From NCBI GenBank assembly GCA_964459225.1, contig CAYWKB010000002.1, forward strand, positions 2,016 through 66,015: DNA of 64,000 bases, in the 5' to 3' direction. A program made the position numbers and the translations under genes. Below the pieces are notes generated by a model. It saw only the letters and a program-made list of their open reading frames with translations, ran no database searches and was not told the DNA's origin. Shown one piece after another: positions 47,663-56,754 of this stretch. The stretch is from an uncultured Candidatus Saccharibacteria bacterium (GTDB taxonomy: Bacteria; Patescibacteriota; Minisyncoccia; Phycocordibacterales; PALSA-1337). Positions within the stretch are counted from its first letter, which is position 1. The number at the start of each line of letters is the position of its first letter.

Positions 47663-48676
47663 TTATGAGACCTTTCTTAATAAAACCTTTTTGATTGATT
47701 CTTTAATATGCTTTTCACCCATTCCATAATGTTCTAGTAATTCTTGTGGTTTACCTGATTGACCGAATTTGTCTTTTACACCAATAAATTCCATAGGTAC
47801 TGGATAATGTCTTGCTAAACATTCAGATACAGCGGAACCCATTCCTCCTGCTATTTGATGCTCTTCTACAGTAACTATTGCTCCTGCTTCATGTGCTAAT
47901 CTCCATACTGATTCCTCATCTAGTGGTTTAATAGTAGAAAGATTTAACACTTTAATTTTGATTTCATCTTTTAAATCATTTGCAACTTTTAATGCCTTGT
48001 GAACAAGTGCTCCAGTTGCAATAATTCCCACTTGAGGACGAATATCATTTCCTTTATTGTCTTTTGGACTAAATAAAATCTGCGCCTTACCTATTTCAAA
48101 TGGAGTTTCATTTGTTGTTATTATCGGTGTCTTTTCGCGTGCGAGACGAATATATGTTGGATGTTTTGTTTTTGCACATACTATAACTGCTTTTCTTGCC
48201 TCTATAGCATCACATGGAGATATCACTACCATATTTGGTATAACTCTAGTTATGGCAATATCCTCTATTGCTTGATGAGTTCCACCATCAGGACCGACAG
48301 ACACGCCAGCATGTGAACCCGCTATTTTAACAGCTCTATCGTTATAGCAAATTGTCGTTCTAATCTGTTCCCAATTTCTCCCTGGGCTAAACATGGCATA
48401 AGAAGTTATAAAAGGTATTTTACCCATTGCTGCCATACCCGATGCGACACTGGCCATATTTTGCTCAGCCACACCCATTTCAAAAAATCTATTCGGAAAT
48501 TTATCCTTAAATAAATGCATATTTGTAGATTCCAAAAGATCAGCGCAGAGTCCTACAACATTTTTGTCCATTTCACCCGCAATAACTAAACCCTCACCAA
48601 ATCCCTTTCTAATAGGAAATTGTTCAACATCAGTATCAAATATTTTTGGATTTAGTTTTTGATTTGGGTTTAGCAT
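47663..48676 (-). CDS. tkt: Transketolase, C-terminal section (pyrimidine-binding plus C-terminal domain)
   Basis: Split-transketolase arrangement with the N-terminal section immediately upstream. Confidence 0.85.
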   Translation of the reverse strand: MLNPNQKLNPKIFDTDVEQFPIRKGFGEGLVIAGEMDKNVVGLCADLLESTNMHLFKDKFPNRFFEMGVAEQNMASVASGMAAMGKIPFITSYAMFSPGRNWEQIRTTICYNDRAVKIAGSHAGVSVGPDGGTHQAIEDIAITRVIPNMVVISPCDAIEARKAVIVCAKTKHPTYIRLAREKTPIITTNETPFEIGKAQILFSPKDNKGNDIRPQVGIIATGALVHKALKVANDLKDEIKIKVLNLSTIKPLDEESVWRLAHEAGAIVTVEEHQIAGGMGSAVSECLARHYPVPMEFIGVKDKFGQSGKPQELLEHYGMGEKHIKESIKKVLLRKVS

Positions 48677-48677
48677 A

Positions 48678-49520
48678 TTATTTAATATTTAAAGATGTAC
48701 GAGCAATATTTATTTCCTCATCTGTCATTGGTGGCTTGCCATGCCATTCGTACTTGCCTTCAAATTCTTTTATACCCTTACTTGGTATTGTATTTGCTAT
48801 TATAACTGACGGCATTTTTGTTTCATTTTTTGCATTTATATATGCCATATTTATTTCAGAAAAATTATGTCCGTTTATTTCCTGAACATGGAAATTAAAT
48901 GCCTTGAATTTATCAGCTAGTGGATTAAGTGGCATTATGTTTTCAGTAAATCCGTCAATTTGAATATTATTTCTATCTACGATAATAGTTAAATGCTTTA
49001 ATTTTTCTTTTTGTGCAAGCATTATTGCCTCCCAGTTTTGTCCTTCATCAAGTTCACCATCGCCAACTAAACATACAAATTGTTTATCCGAGGTCTCCGC
49101 AAAATCAATACGTTCAGCAAGTGCCATACCAACAGCTTGAGAAATACCAGAACCGAGTGGTCCAGAAGATGTTTCCAAAATATCGAGGAACTCTCTATGT
49201 GGATGCCCTTGCAATTTACTTCCAAATTTCCTCAATGTTTGTAGTTCAGATAGAGGAAAATATCCAGCATGAGCTAGAGTTGCATATAGCACTGGACAAA
49301 TATGTCCATTTGAAAGTACAAGTCTATCTCTATATTGCCATTTTGGATTTTTAGCATCATGTTTTAAACCATGGAAATATAAATAAGTAAAAATATCCGC
49401 CATATCAAGTGGTCCCGCTGTATGACCTGATTTTGCTTCTATTAACATTTCAACAATTGACTGACGTATTGAATGAGCTTTATCAGTTAAGAATTTAATT
49501 TTATCTTCATTGAGTAACAT
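48678..49520 (-). CDS. tkt: Transketolase, N-terminal section (TPP-binding)
   Basis: GHxxxxLS and GDGELDEGQNWEA (TPP-binding GDG motif). Confidence 0.85.
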   Translation of the reverse strand: MLLNEDKIKFLTDKAHSIRQSIVEMLIEAKSGHTAGPLDMADIFTYLYFHGLKHDAKNPKWQYRDRLVLSNGHICPVLYATLAHAGYFPLSELQTLRKFGSKLQGHPHREFLDILETSSGPLGSGISQAVGMALAERIDFAETSDKQFVCLVGDGELDEGQNWEAIMLAQKEKLKHLTIIVDRNNIQIDGFTENIMPLNPLADKFKAFNFHVQEINGHNFSEINMAYINAKNETKMPSVIIANTIPSKGIKEFEGKYEWHGKPPMTDEEINIARTSLNIK

Positions 49521-49570
49521 TTGAGATAATTATAGCACTTTAAAATACTAAATGTTATATAAAATCCACA

Positions 49571-50236
49571 TTAAACCCTCTTTAACTCCTCATAAGCCTC
49601 AAATACATTTTCGCTTTCAAAAATTGCTGAACCCGCGACTAGTCTATCCGCACCTGCTTCCTTTAATATTTCTGCATTATCAATACTTACCCCGCCATCA
49701 ACCTGTATTATCGCAACTGGAAATTCCTTTCTTATTTCTTTTATTTTTTCAATTGAAGCATTTTCTAGATTTTGTCCTTGAAATCCTGCCTTTCTAATAC
49801 CCATAACTTGTATGTATTGTACTTTGTTTATGTATTTTTTTATCTTATCAATACTTGTATCCATATTTACAGCAATACCAATCTCTACCAAACCTGAAAT
49901 TGTATCAATAATACTATTTAAATCCTCTTTGCTTTCTATATGTAATATTATCCTTTCTGCTCCCGCCATTATCCATTTTTTTATTTCTTCTTCACTTATA
50001 TCCTTAATCATCAAATCAAATTCATAATTGATTTTTTCCCATTCTGGCATACCTCTTTCTTCATTTATAATTGCCTTAAAATTTTCATCTTCTTTCCAAT
50101 ACGGCCATGTTGTTGTTGGAACATATTTACCATCACAAATATCTATTTGAACAATTGGCACTAATCCAATTATCTGTTCAATTTTTTCTGCTATTTCCCT
50201 GAAGTTTTTTGGTAAAATTGCTGGTATTATTTCCAT
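49571..50236 (-). CDS. rpe: Ribulose-phosphate 3-epimerase
   Basis: IDICDGKYVP (D-x-DG-x-FVP), VMGIRKAGFQGQ and VDGGV...AGSAIF. Confidence 0.75.
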   Translation of the reverse strand: MEIIPAILPKNFREIAEKIEQIIGLVPIVQIDICDGKYVPTTTWPYWKEDENFKAIINEERGMPEWEKINYEFDLMIKDISEEEIKKWIMAGAERIILHIESKEDLNSIIDTISGLVEIGIAVNMDTSIDKIKKYINKVQYIQVMGIRKAGFQGQNLENASIEKIKEIRKEFPVAIIQVDGGVSIDNAEILKEAGADRLVAGSAIFESENVFEAYEELKRV

Positions 50237-50241
50237 ATTAT

Positions 50242-50688
50242 TTACTCAATATTATCTAGCATATTATTTCTTTTAATATGTCTTTCATCATTACTAAACT
50301 GTGTTGATATCCAGATCTTTACTGCTTCTTTTGCTTCTTCTTCATTTACAAAATGCGCTCCTATTGATAGTACATTTGCATTATTATGCTCTCTTGAAAG
50401 TCTTAGTATTTCAGTATTTCCTCCATAGTACACTGCTGCTCTTACACCTGGAAATCTATTGCATATCATAGCCTCACCCTGTCCTGATTTACCGAATATT
50501 ATTGCTTTTGCATTGTCATCTGATAGTAACTTCATAGCAACTGGAATCATGATTTCTGGATAATTATCGTCATTTACAAGTGTATGCGCCCCCATATCTT
50601 CAACATCAAATTTTTCACCAATTAAAAAATCCTTTACCTTGTTTTTTAAATCAAAACCCGCATGATCAGATGCTAATATTATTTTCAT
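50242..50688 (-). CDS. rpiB: Ribose-5-phosphate isomerase B
   Basis: MKIILASDHAGFDLK, RpiB/LacAB family, 148 aa. Confidence 0.85.
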   Translation of the reverse strand: MKIILASDHAGFDLKNKVKDFLIGEKFDVEDMGAHTLVNDDNYPEIMIPVAMKLLSDDNAKAIIFGKSGQGEAMICNRFPGVRAAVYYGGNTEILRLSREHNNANVLSIGAHFVNEEEAKEAVKIWISTQFSNDERHIKRNNMLDNIE

Positions 50689-50706
50689 TTAACTATTATA
50701 TATTAT

Positions 50707-52509
50707 CTAAGCCGTTAAACCAATTTGTAATTCATACAGTCTTCTGTATTCACCTCCCTCTATTTTTAGCAATTCATCATGCTTTCCTGATTCTATTATT
50801 TTTCCTTCTTTAAATACTAGTATCTTATCTGCCTTCCTTACCGTACTTAATCTATGGGCTATTATAAAAGTTGTCTTACCTTTCATGAGTTCATCAAGTG
50901 AATCAGAAATAATCTTTTCTGATCCTGCATCTAGCGCTGAAGTAGGTTCATCAAGTATTAGTATTTTAGGATTTCGAAGTATTGCTCTTGCAATTGCTAC
51001 TCTTTGCTTTTGTCCAACTGATAACTTTACACCTCTTTCACCAACCATTTGTTCCCATTTACTTGGAAATTTCATAATAAAATCATATGCATGAGCCTTT
51101 TTTGAAGCTATTTCCATTTCTTCATCAGTAGAATTAAAATTTCCGTATTTTATATTTTTCTTTATTGTATCATTAAACAAAACAACTTCCTGAGGAACTA
51201 TTGCTATACTTTCTCTTAATTTTCTTAAATTTATTTTTCTAATATCATATCCCTCTATGAGTACTTCGCCTGATACAGGAAAATGATACCCAGAAATAAG
51301 ATCGACAAGAGTACTTTTACCTACACCAGACTCACCCACTAGAGCAATAACTTCACCTGCATTAACTTTAAAATTAATATTTTGTAAAACTGGCTTATCA
51401 CTTTCATAAGAATAATTTACATTTTTAAATTCCATCTGTCCTGTAATAGATATATTTGGTGCATCTTTTGGTGCATAATTTTCAGCTGGAATTCCTAATA
51501 TATTTTCAGTCTTTTGAATATTGATTATTCCACCTTGAATACTTTGCCAATCTCTGGCAATAGACATAAATGGTCCAAATATCATTGCGGTATAAGCATT
51601 AAATGATAGTAATTCACCTAATGTCATTATTCCATTTCTAATATTAATAATTGAAATTATAAAAATACTTATTTGAGTAATTAAAATAATTATTTTTTGA
51701 TATAAACTAAGTGTACTCCATACTTTTGAAAGTCTCATCCATAGCGGTATAGATAAGGCAGATTTATTTTGTAATTTATCTCTTTCATATTCTTCGGCTG
51801 ATGATTGCTTTATAGCATGTGTATTTAAAATTGAATCATAAGCATCACCAAATAATTCTCTAACATTTTTCCTATATTCTTTATGATATTCAGCAACTGG
51901 ACGTATTTTTAAAGATAGTACAAAAATATAAATAATTAATGCAGAAACTAAAATAAATGCTAATTTAATATTTATATACATTGCAATTATCAGAGCTATT
52001 ATTATACTAAGTAACTGAGGTGCAATATCAATAACGTGCCTACCTACAATTGTTTCTAATGAATTTGCAGCAATGTTAATAGTCTCCCCTATTTCTCCCA
52101 TTTTATTTTTCTTATGAAATGAAATTGGCAAATTTAAAACATAACTAAAACCTCTTGAGAGATAGTTTAGCCATATTTTATTTGATAAATATTGACTCAT
52201 TATTTCATTTCGCCAATCAATAGTGTATGTGATAGCTTGTATAATTGCCCAAATGATTAATAGCACCGCATAAGCAGGAAGTTGATTTCCAAACAAGTCG
52301 ATTACAGTATCTGAATTAATAGAATCAAAAAACCTACCAGCAATATATGGCACGGTAGCATTACCAATGGCTGACAGTATTCCAAGGACAATAAGTACAA
52401 TCAACTGAACCTTGAATTCGGTGATGTATTTTATTATTACCTTTAGCCCTGTATATATATTGTCTTTATTAAGTTTTTCAACTTTTTCTTCTGTTTTTTC
52501 TTGAGGCAT
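50707..52509 (-). CDS. ABC exporter, fused permease plus ATPase (MsbA-like)
   Basis: 6-TM N-terminal half. Walker A GESGVGKST, signature LSVGQKQR and Walker B ILILDEPTSALD. Confidence 0.85.
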   Translation of the reverse strand: MPQEKTEEKVEKLNKDNIYTGLKVIIKYITEFKVQLIVLIVLGILSAIGNATVPYIAGRFFDSINSDTVIDLFGNQLPAYAVLLIIWAIIQAITYTIDWRNEIMSQYLSNKIWLNYLSRGFSYVLNLPISFHKKNKMGEIGETINIAANSLETIVGRHVIDIAPQLLSIIIALIIAMYINIKLAFILVSALIIYIFVLSLKIRPVAEYHKEYRKNVRELFGDAYDSILNTHAIKQSSAEEYERDKLQNKSALSIPLWMRLSKVWSTLSLYQKIIILITQISIFIISIINIRNGIMTLGELLSFNAYTAMIFGPFMSIARDWQSIQGGIINIQKTENILGIPAENYAPKDAPNISITGQMEFKNVNYSYESDKPVLQNINFKVNAGEVIALVGESGVGKSTLVDLISGYHFPVSGEVLIEGYDIRKINLRKLRESIAIVPQEVVLFNDTIKKNIKYGNFNSTDEEMEIASKKAHAYDFIMKFPSKWEQMVGERGVKLSVGQKQRVAIARAILRNPKILILDEPTSALDAGSEKIISDSLDELMKGKTTFIIAHRLSTVRKADKILVFKEGKIIESGKHDELLKIEGGEYRRLYELQIGLTA

Positions 52510-52537
52510 AGTCTAGTTATTATAGACTATTATACAC

Positions 52538-53014
52538 TTAATTTATAGAAGATCTACGAATTACAGTAAATGTAGATACGCCTATGACTAAAGTTATCAG
52601 CCAAAAGACAGCTATTAATGGTAATTGAAATATTAGAACAATAAATGAGTCACCTTTTAGAGGTACGTCATATACAATCATTCCCGCAAAAATTAACCAA
52701 ATGAGCACGACAGAGTGTAGGATTGAAGTAAAGATTAAATAAATTTTGTGTAATACGGTACCTGGCATTGATTTTAGTCTATGATGCAGGTATGAAGAAA
52801 GTATTAAACCTCCGAAATATAGTACCAAAATTAGAACAGGTCGGAAAAGTGTCATTACTAGTTGTGAAAAATTAAGACCACTAAAGTAATTGAAATAATA
52901 ACTAATACTATTAGGAAAAAATTCATTAGAAAAGAATTCACTAGAAAAAAATAATAGAGAGCCAATAAAAATCAAAATGTAATCTATAGAAAATAATGTG
53001 TTTAATTTTTTCAT
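52538..53014 (-). CDS. Hypothetical integral membrane protein (158 aa)
   Basis: Four hydrophobic helices. Nothing else recognised. Confidence 0.4.
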   Translation of the reverse strand: MKKLNTLFSIDYILIFIGSLLFFSSEFFSNEFFPNSISYYFNYFSGLNFSQLVMTLFRPVLILVLYFGGLILSSYLHHRLKSMPGTVLHKIYLIFTSILHSVVLIWLIFAGMIVYDVPLKGDSFIVLIFQLPLIAVFWLITLVIGVSTFTVIRRSSIN

Positions 53015-53127
53015 AAATTAATAATTTTATTAATCTTAGCAGTATAACACATAGAAGTATTGATTTATATAGTAGTGGATAAAAACATTTCATCATGATA
53101 AAAGCCATATGTTATGATTGAAACAAT

Positions 53128-54651
53128 ATGTATCATAAACAACTCGTAAATCATGTTTCGATGAGGCAAAAAGCGGGCATGCCAGACGATGCTATTCGCA
53201 ACGAATTAATCATGGATGGTTGGACTGAAGATGATATCAAAGTAGCTTTTTATTATAGTTCATTTCCTTTAAAACTTGGACACTTCTCTTTCTGGAGAAT
53301 ATTACACTCAGAAATACCAGCACCGATTATGATTATCTTATTAGTACTTACAGCTGTAGGAATTGGTGGTTTTTCTTATGCTTATAGCAATAAAACCCAA
53401 AACTATACAATCAATATACCAACAAATCTGCCCGAGCAACACGTTCAATTAGTATACGGTGCGCAACCAGCATTATCTGATCCTGATTTTTTTGGTAAAG
53501 TTAGGCAACAGTTTATTAGCGAAAAGGCAGACTTCATTGAAGCAAATTTAACGACAATGAAAATGCAGGTTTATAAAGAAGGTATTCTATCACTTGAAGT
53601 ACCTATTGTTACAAAAGGAAGACCTGGCTCATGGTGGGAAACTCCGGCAGGATTATATAAAGTTGAAAGTAAAGAAAAAGCACATTTTTCTGGAATGGGA
53701 CATGTATGGATGCCTTGGAGTATGAAATTTCAAGGAAACTTTTATATTCACGGTCGTACATATTATCCAGATGGCACATTGACTTCAAAAACTTATACAG
53801 GTGGTTGTATTCGCCTAGATACTGATGATGCCCAAAAAGTTTATGACATAGTAGATACCGGCACTCCAGTCCTTGTCTTTGAACAGAGTTTTACACCTGA
53901 TAACTTCACATACACAGATGCAGCCCTATCACTTTCTGCACCAATATATCTTTCTGCTGATTTACAAAACAATCACGTTTTTGCAAGTAAAAATTCTACT
54001 GAAGTTGTACCAATAGCGTCAATAACCAAACTTGTATCTGCTCTAGTGATAACAGAATACATTAACTTAGATAATACAGTCACAGTACCAAAAGCGGCGA
54101 TAATATACACATCAAAAGCAAGATTACAGCCAGGAGCACAATATACTATTTATCAACTACTCTTCCCATTACTTATGGAATCATCAAATGAGGCAGCCGA
54201 GACAATAGCTAGGTTTTACGGGCGAGATGATTTTATCAAACATATGAATGACAAGGCAGCATCTATTGGTATGACACATAGTCATTTTGATGACCCTTCT
54301 GGTGTATCGAAGGATAATATTTCTACCGCTGAAGATCTTTTTATGTTGGCAAAATACATTTATAATAATCGTAGCTTTATATTTAATATAACTTCTGGAA
54401 AACTCAAAGATAGTGCATATGGCACAAGTGGATTCCCTGATATCAATAACTTCAATGATTTCACTGAAAATGAATATTTCTTTGGTGGCAAAAATGGAAA
54501 AACGACTGCTGCAGCAGAATCAAATTTATCTGTTTTCGAATTCCCTACCGACAATACAAAAAGACCAGTTGTAACAATTGTATTAAAATCACCAAATGAA
54601 AAAAATGATTCTGAGACTTTAATAGATTATACGTTGAATCATTTTAGATAG
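53128..54651 (+). CDS. Fusion of an L,D-transpeptidase (YkuD) catalytic domain with a serine-type D-Ala-D-Ala carboxypeptidase (S11/PBP5-like) domain
   Basis: YkuD signature HGRTYYP...TGGCIRL, then SITKL (SxxK), SSNE (SxN) and KNGKT (KTG-like). N-terminal TM. Confidence 0.6.
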   Translation: MYHKQLVNHVSMRQKAGMPDDAIRNELIMDGWTEDDIKVAFYYSSFPLKLGHFSFWRILHSEIPAPIMIILLVLTAVGIGGFSYAYSNKTQNYTINIPTNLPEQHVQLVYGAQPALSDPDFFGKVRQQFISEKADFIEANLTTMKMQVYKEGILSLEVPIVTKGRPGSWWETPAGLYKVESKEKAHFSGMGHVWMPWSMKFQGNFYIHGRTYYPDGTLTSKTYTGGCIRLDTDDAQKVYDIVDTGTPVLVFEQSFTPDNFTYTDAALSLSAPIYLSADLQNNHVFASKNSTEVVPIASITKLVSALVITEYINLDNTVTVPKAAIIYTSKARLQPGAQYTIYQLLFPLLMESSNEAAETIARFYGRDDFIKHMNDKAASIGMTHSHFDDPSGVSKDNISTAEDLFMLAKYIYNNRSFIFNITSGKLKDSAYGTSGFPDINNFNDFTENEYFFGGKNGKTTAAAESNLSVFEFPTDNTKRPVVTIVLKSPNEKNDSETLIDYTLNHFR

Positions 54652-54696
54652 GAGTATTTAAGTAAACAAATACTAATCTTTTTCTTGAATCGAGCG

Positions 54697-55317
54697 CTAA
54701 CTAAATAGATTTTTAAACCAATAAATGATCTTTTGTATAAAATTTTGTTTTACTTTATTATCTGTAACTATCTGAGCTTCATTTGTTTTTGATTGAAAAT
54801 CAGATATTGGTACAATCACAGGACTTGTCTTAACTACTGGTGCAGTTTTAATTACTTTACTTAGTGTAAGTCCATTACCTAGAAAAACTAGATCCGCATT
54901 TGCTGAAACTATTTCTTTTATTTCTGTATAATTTATAAAATAAAAATTTGAACTTGTATCTTTATATGCATAAACTAGATACTCTCCTCCTACTGATTTT
55001 GGAATAAAAATAGGACATGAGTAACCGTCTAGCGCGGTAGATTTTAAGGTTACATACTCCGCAGGATTACCCTTCCAATATTTCAGAACCTTAAAAACCA
55101 TAGTACTAGTTTTCATCCTTGAACTCTCTCCTTCACCCACTATTACCTCTGTTGAAGTTGCAATCGATATTACCTTACCTGAAAATACTGAGTTTGCATT
55201 ATTAAATGATTCTTGAGGTGTTCTGTAAACAGGGGTGCAGGCAAAAGTAGTTTCAATACCTGTGAAAAAGAGTGTGGTGATTATAAGTATATAAATTATT
55301 GTTTTTTTATTTTTCAT
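54697..55317 (-). CDS. Secreted hypothetical protein. After the signal peptide the mature N-terminus is predicted to start at a Cys (…FA|CTPVY), as in TIMP/NTR-like OB-fold inhibitor domains.
   Basis: Signal peptide IIYILIITTLFFTGIETTFA, then CTPVYRTPQESFNNANSVFSGKVISI, loosely reminiscent of the TIMP N-terminal region. Speculative. Confidence 0.35.
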   Translation of the reverse strand: MKNKKTIIYILIITTLFFTGIETTFACTPVYRTPQESFNNANSVFSGKVISIATSTEVIVGEGESSRMKTSTMVFKVLKYWKGNPAEYVTLKSTALDGYSCPIFIPKSVGGEYLVYAYKDTSSNFYFINYTEIKEIVSANADLVFLGNGLTLSKVIKTAPVVKTSPVIVPISDFQSKTNEAQIVTDNKVKQNFIQKIIYWFKNLFS

Positions 55318-55340
55318 AATGTTTTCCGATTATATTATAT

Positions 55341-55413
55341 TAATTTCCCCACCTTAATAACATGCCCCACCAATATATACATATACCTCACTTCATTATC
55401 GTAACACGTAAGG
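55341..55413 (-). pseudogene. Diverged duplicate of the last about 24 codons of gap (about 75% nucleotide identity, same stop position), located downstream of the inserted gene 55415..55711
   Basis: The minus strand translates to ..CYDNEVRYMYILVGHVIKVGKLI*, compared with the gap C-terminus ..WYDNEMGYTNTLVEHVIKAGKLI*. Confidence 0.55.
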
Positions 55414-55414
55414 T

Positions 55415-55711
55415 TCATTTTACTTTTTTATCGTAAAACTTGTACATAACCAGTGCAGCGTAAGGTACTATCAGAAAGAAAAGGAATTCTTCAATTGGCA
55501 ATCCGTAAATTCGCCAACCTATCAATCCATCTCCTGGAAAAATCCAATGATGTCTGTAAGTCGCGAAGTAATCCCAGATCATTCCAAACAAGAAAATATT
55601 TAGTACAACACATAGTCTTTCTTTACGCGAGTGATAGAGGTGGATTTTATTTCTCCACTCAATCACAATTGTCACTATAAGAATTACTATGAGTATCGCT
55701 AGATATTCCAT
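55415..55711 (-). CDS. Small membrane protein with a lycopene-cyclase-domain-like motif (PxEE), 98 aa, wedged 3 nt after the gap stop
   Basis: Three TM helices and the motif YGLPIEEFLFF typical of CrtYcd-type lycopene cyclase domain proteins. Confidence 0.4.
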   Translation of the reverse strand: MEYLAILIVILIVTIVIEWRNKIHLYHSRKERLCVVLNIFLFGMIWDYFATYRHHWIFPGDGLIGWRIYGLPIEEFLFFLIVPYAALVMYKFYDKKVK

Positions 55712-55714
55712 ATT

Positions 55715-56692
55715 CTATATGAGTTTTCCAGCCTTAATTACATGTTCTACTAAAGTATTCGTATACCCCATCTCATTATCATACCAAGCTAAAACCTTCA
55801 CTAGATTCCCCCCGACAACTCTTGTAAAAGCCAAATCTGCAATTGATGCATATGAATTCCCCTTTATATCACTTGAAACCAAATCTTCATTTGTCACTGC
55901 AAATATTCCCTTCCATCTTTCTTCTTTACTTGCCTTTTCTAATATTGCATTTACTTCTTCTGCTGTTGTATTCTTTTTTGAAATAAATGTTATATCAACT
56001 ATTGAACCTACTGGTACTGGAACTCGTATTGATATACCATCGAAAAGTCCTGAGAATTTTGGCATAACTTTTGCAACCGCTGTAGCTGCGCCAGTTGATG
56101 ATGGTACTATATTTTGTGCAGCTCCTCTTCCTTCTCTCATATCCTTTTTATTTGGACCATCAACAAGAGACTGACTAGCGGTGTATGCATGAACTGTATT
56201 TAATAATGCTTTTTCTATTCCCAATGTTTCATCAAGTATTGCAATCAGAGGACTTCCTGCATTTGTTGTACATGATGCATTTGATGAGATTTTTGTTTCT
56301 TTTAATTTGTCCTCATTCATAGCCATAAGCACAGTTGGTGAATTATCATCCTTTATAGGTGCTGAAATTACCACTCTTTTTGCCCCTGCGTCTATATGTG
56401 CCTGCGCTTTTTCTGTAGCGGTATATAAACCGGTACATTCCACAACGACGTCAATATCCAAATCCTTCCATGGAAGTTTATTTGGTTCTTTTTCGCTTAT
56501 ATACTTTATACCCTCAAGATTATAGTCAGTCTTTCCATATACACTGTCATATTTAAGTAGATATTCCATGCTTTCAATGGTTCCCAAGTCATTTACCGCA
56601 ACAATTTCAATGTCTTTATTTTCCTTTGCAACCTTATAAAATGCACGTCCAATTCTTCCAAAACCATTTATTGCTACTTTAATCTTTTTCAT
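55715..56692 (-). CDS. gap: Glyceraldehyde-3-phosphate dehydrogenase (type I)
   Basis: INGFGRIGR NAD-binding start and the catalytic SNASCTTN. Confidence 0.9.
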   Translation of the reverse strand: MKKIKVAINGFGRIGRAFYKVAKENKDIEIVAVNDLGTIESMEYLLKYDSVYGKTDYNLEGIKYISEKEPNKLPWKDLDIDVVVECTGLYTATEKAQAHIDAGAKRVVISAPIKDDNSPTVLMAMNEDKLKETKISSNASCTTNAGSPLIAILDETLGIEKALLNTVHAYTASQSLVDGPNKKDMREGRGAAQNIVPSSTGAATAVAKVMPKFSGLFDGISIRVPVPVGSIVDITFISKKNTTAEEVNAILEKASKEERWKGIFAVTNEDLVSSDIKGNSYASIADLAFTRVVGGNLVKVLAWYDNEMGYTNTLVEHVIKAGKLI

Positions 56693-56754
56693 TTTATTTA
56701 TTAAATTATATAACTGTATTATACTCCCTTTTTTTGATATAATACAAATTAAAT

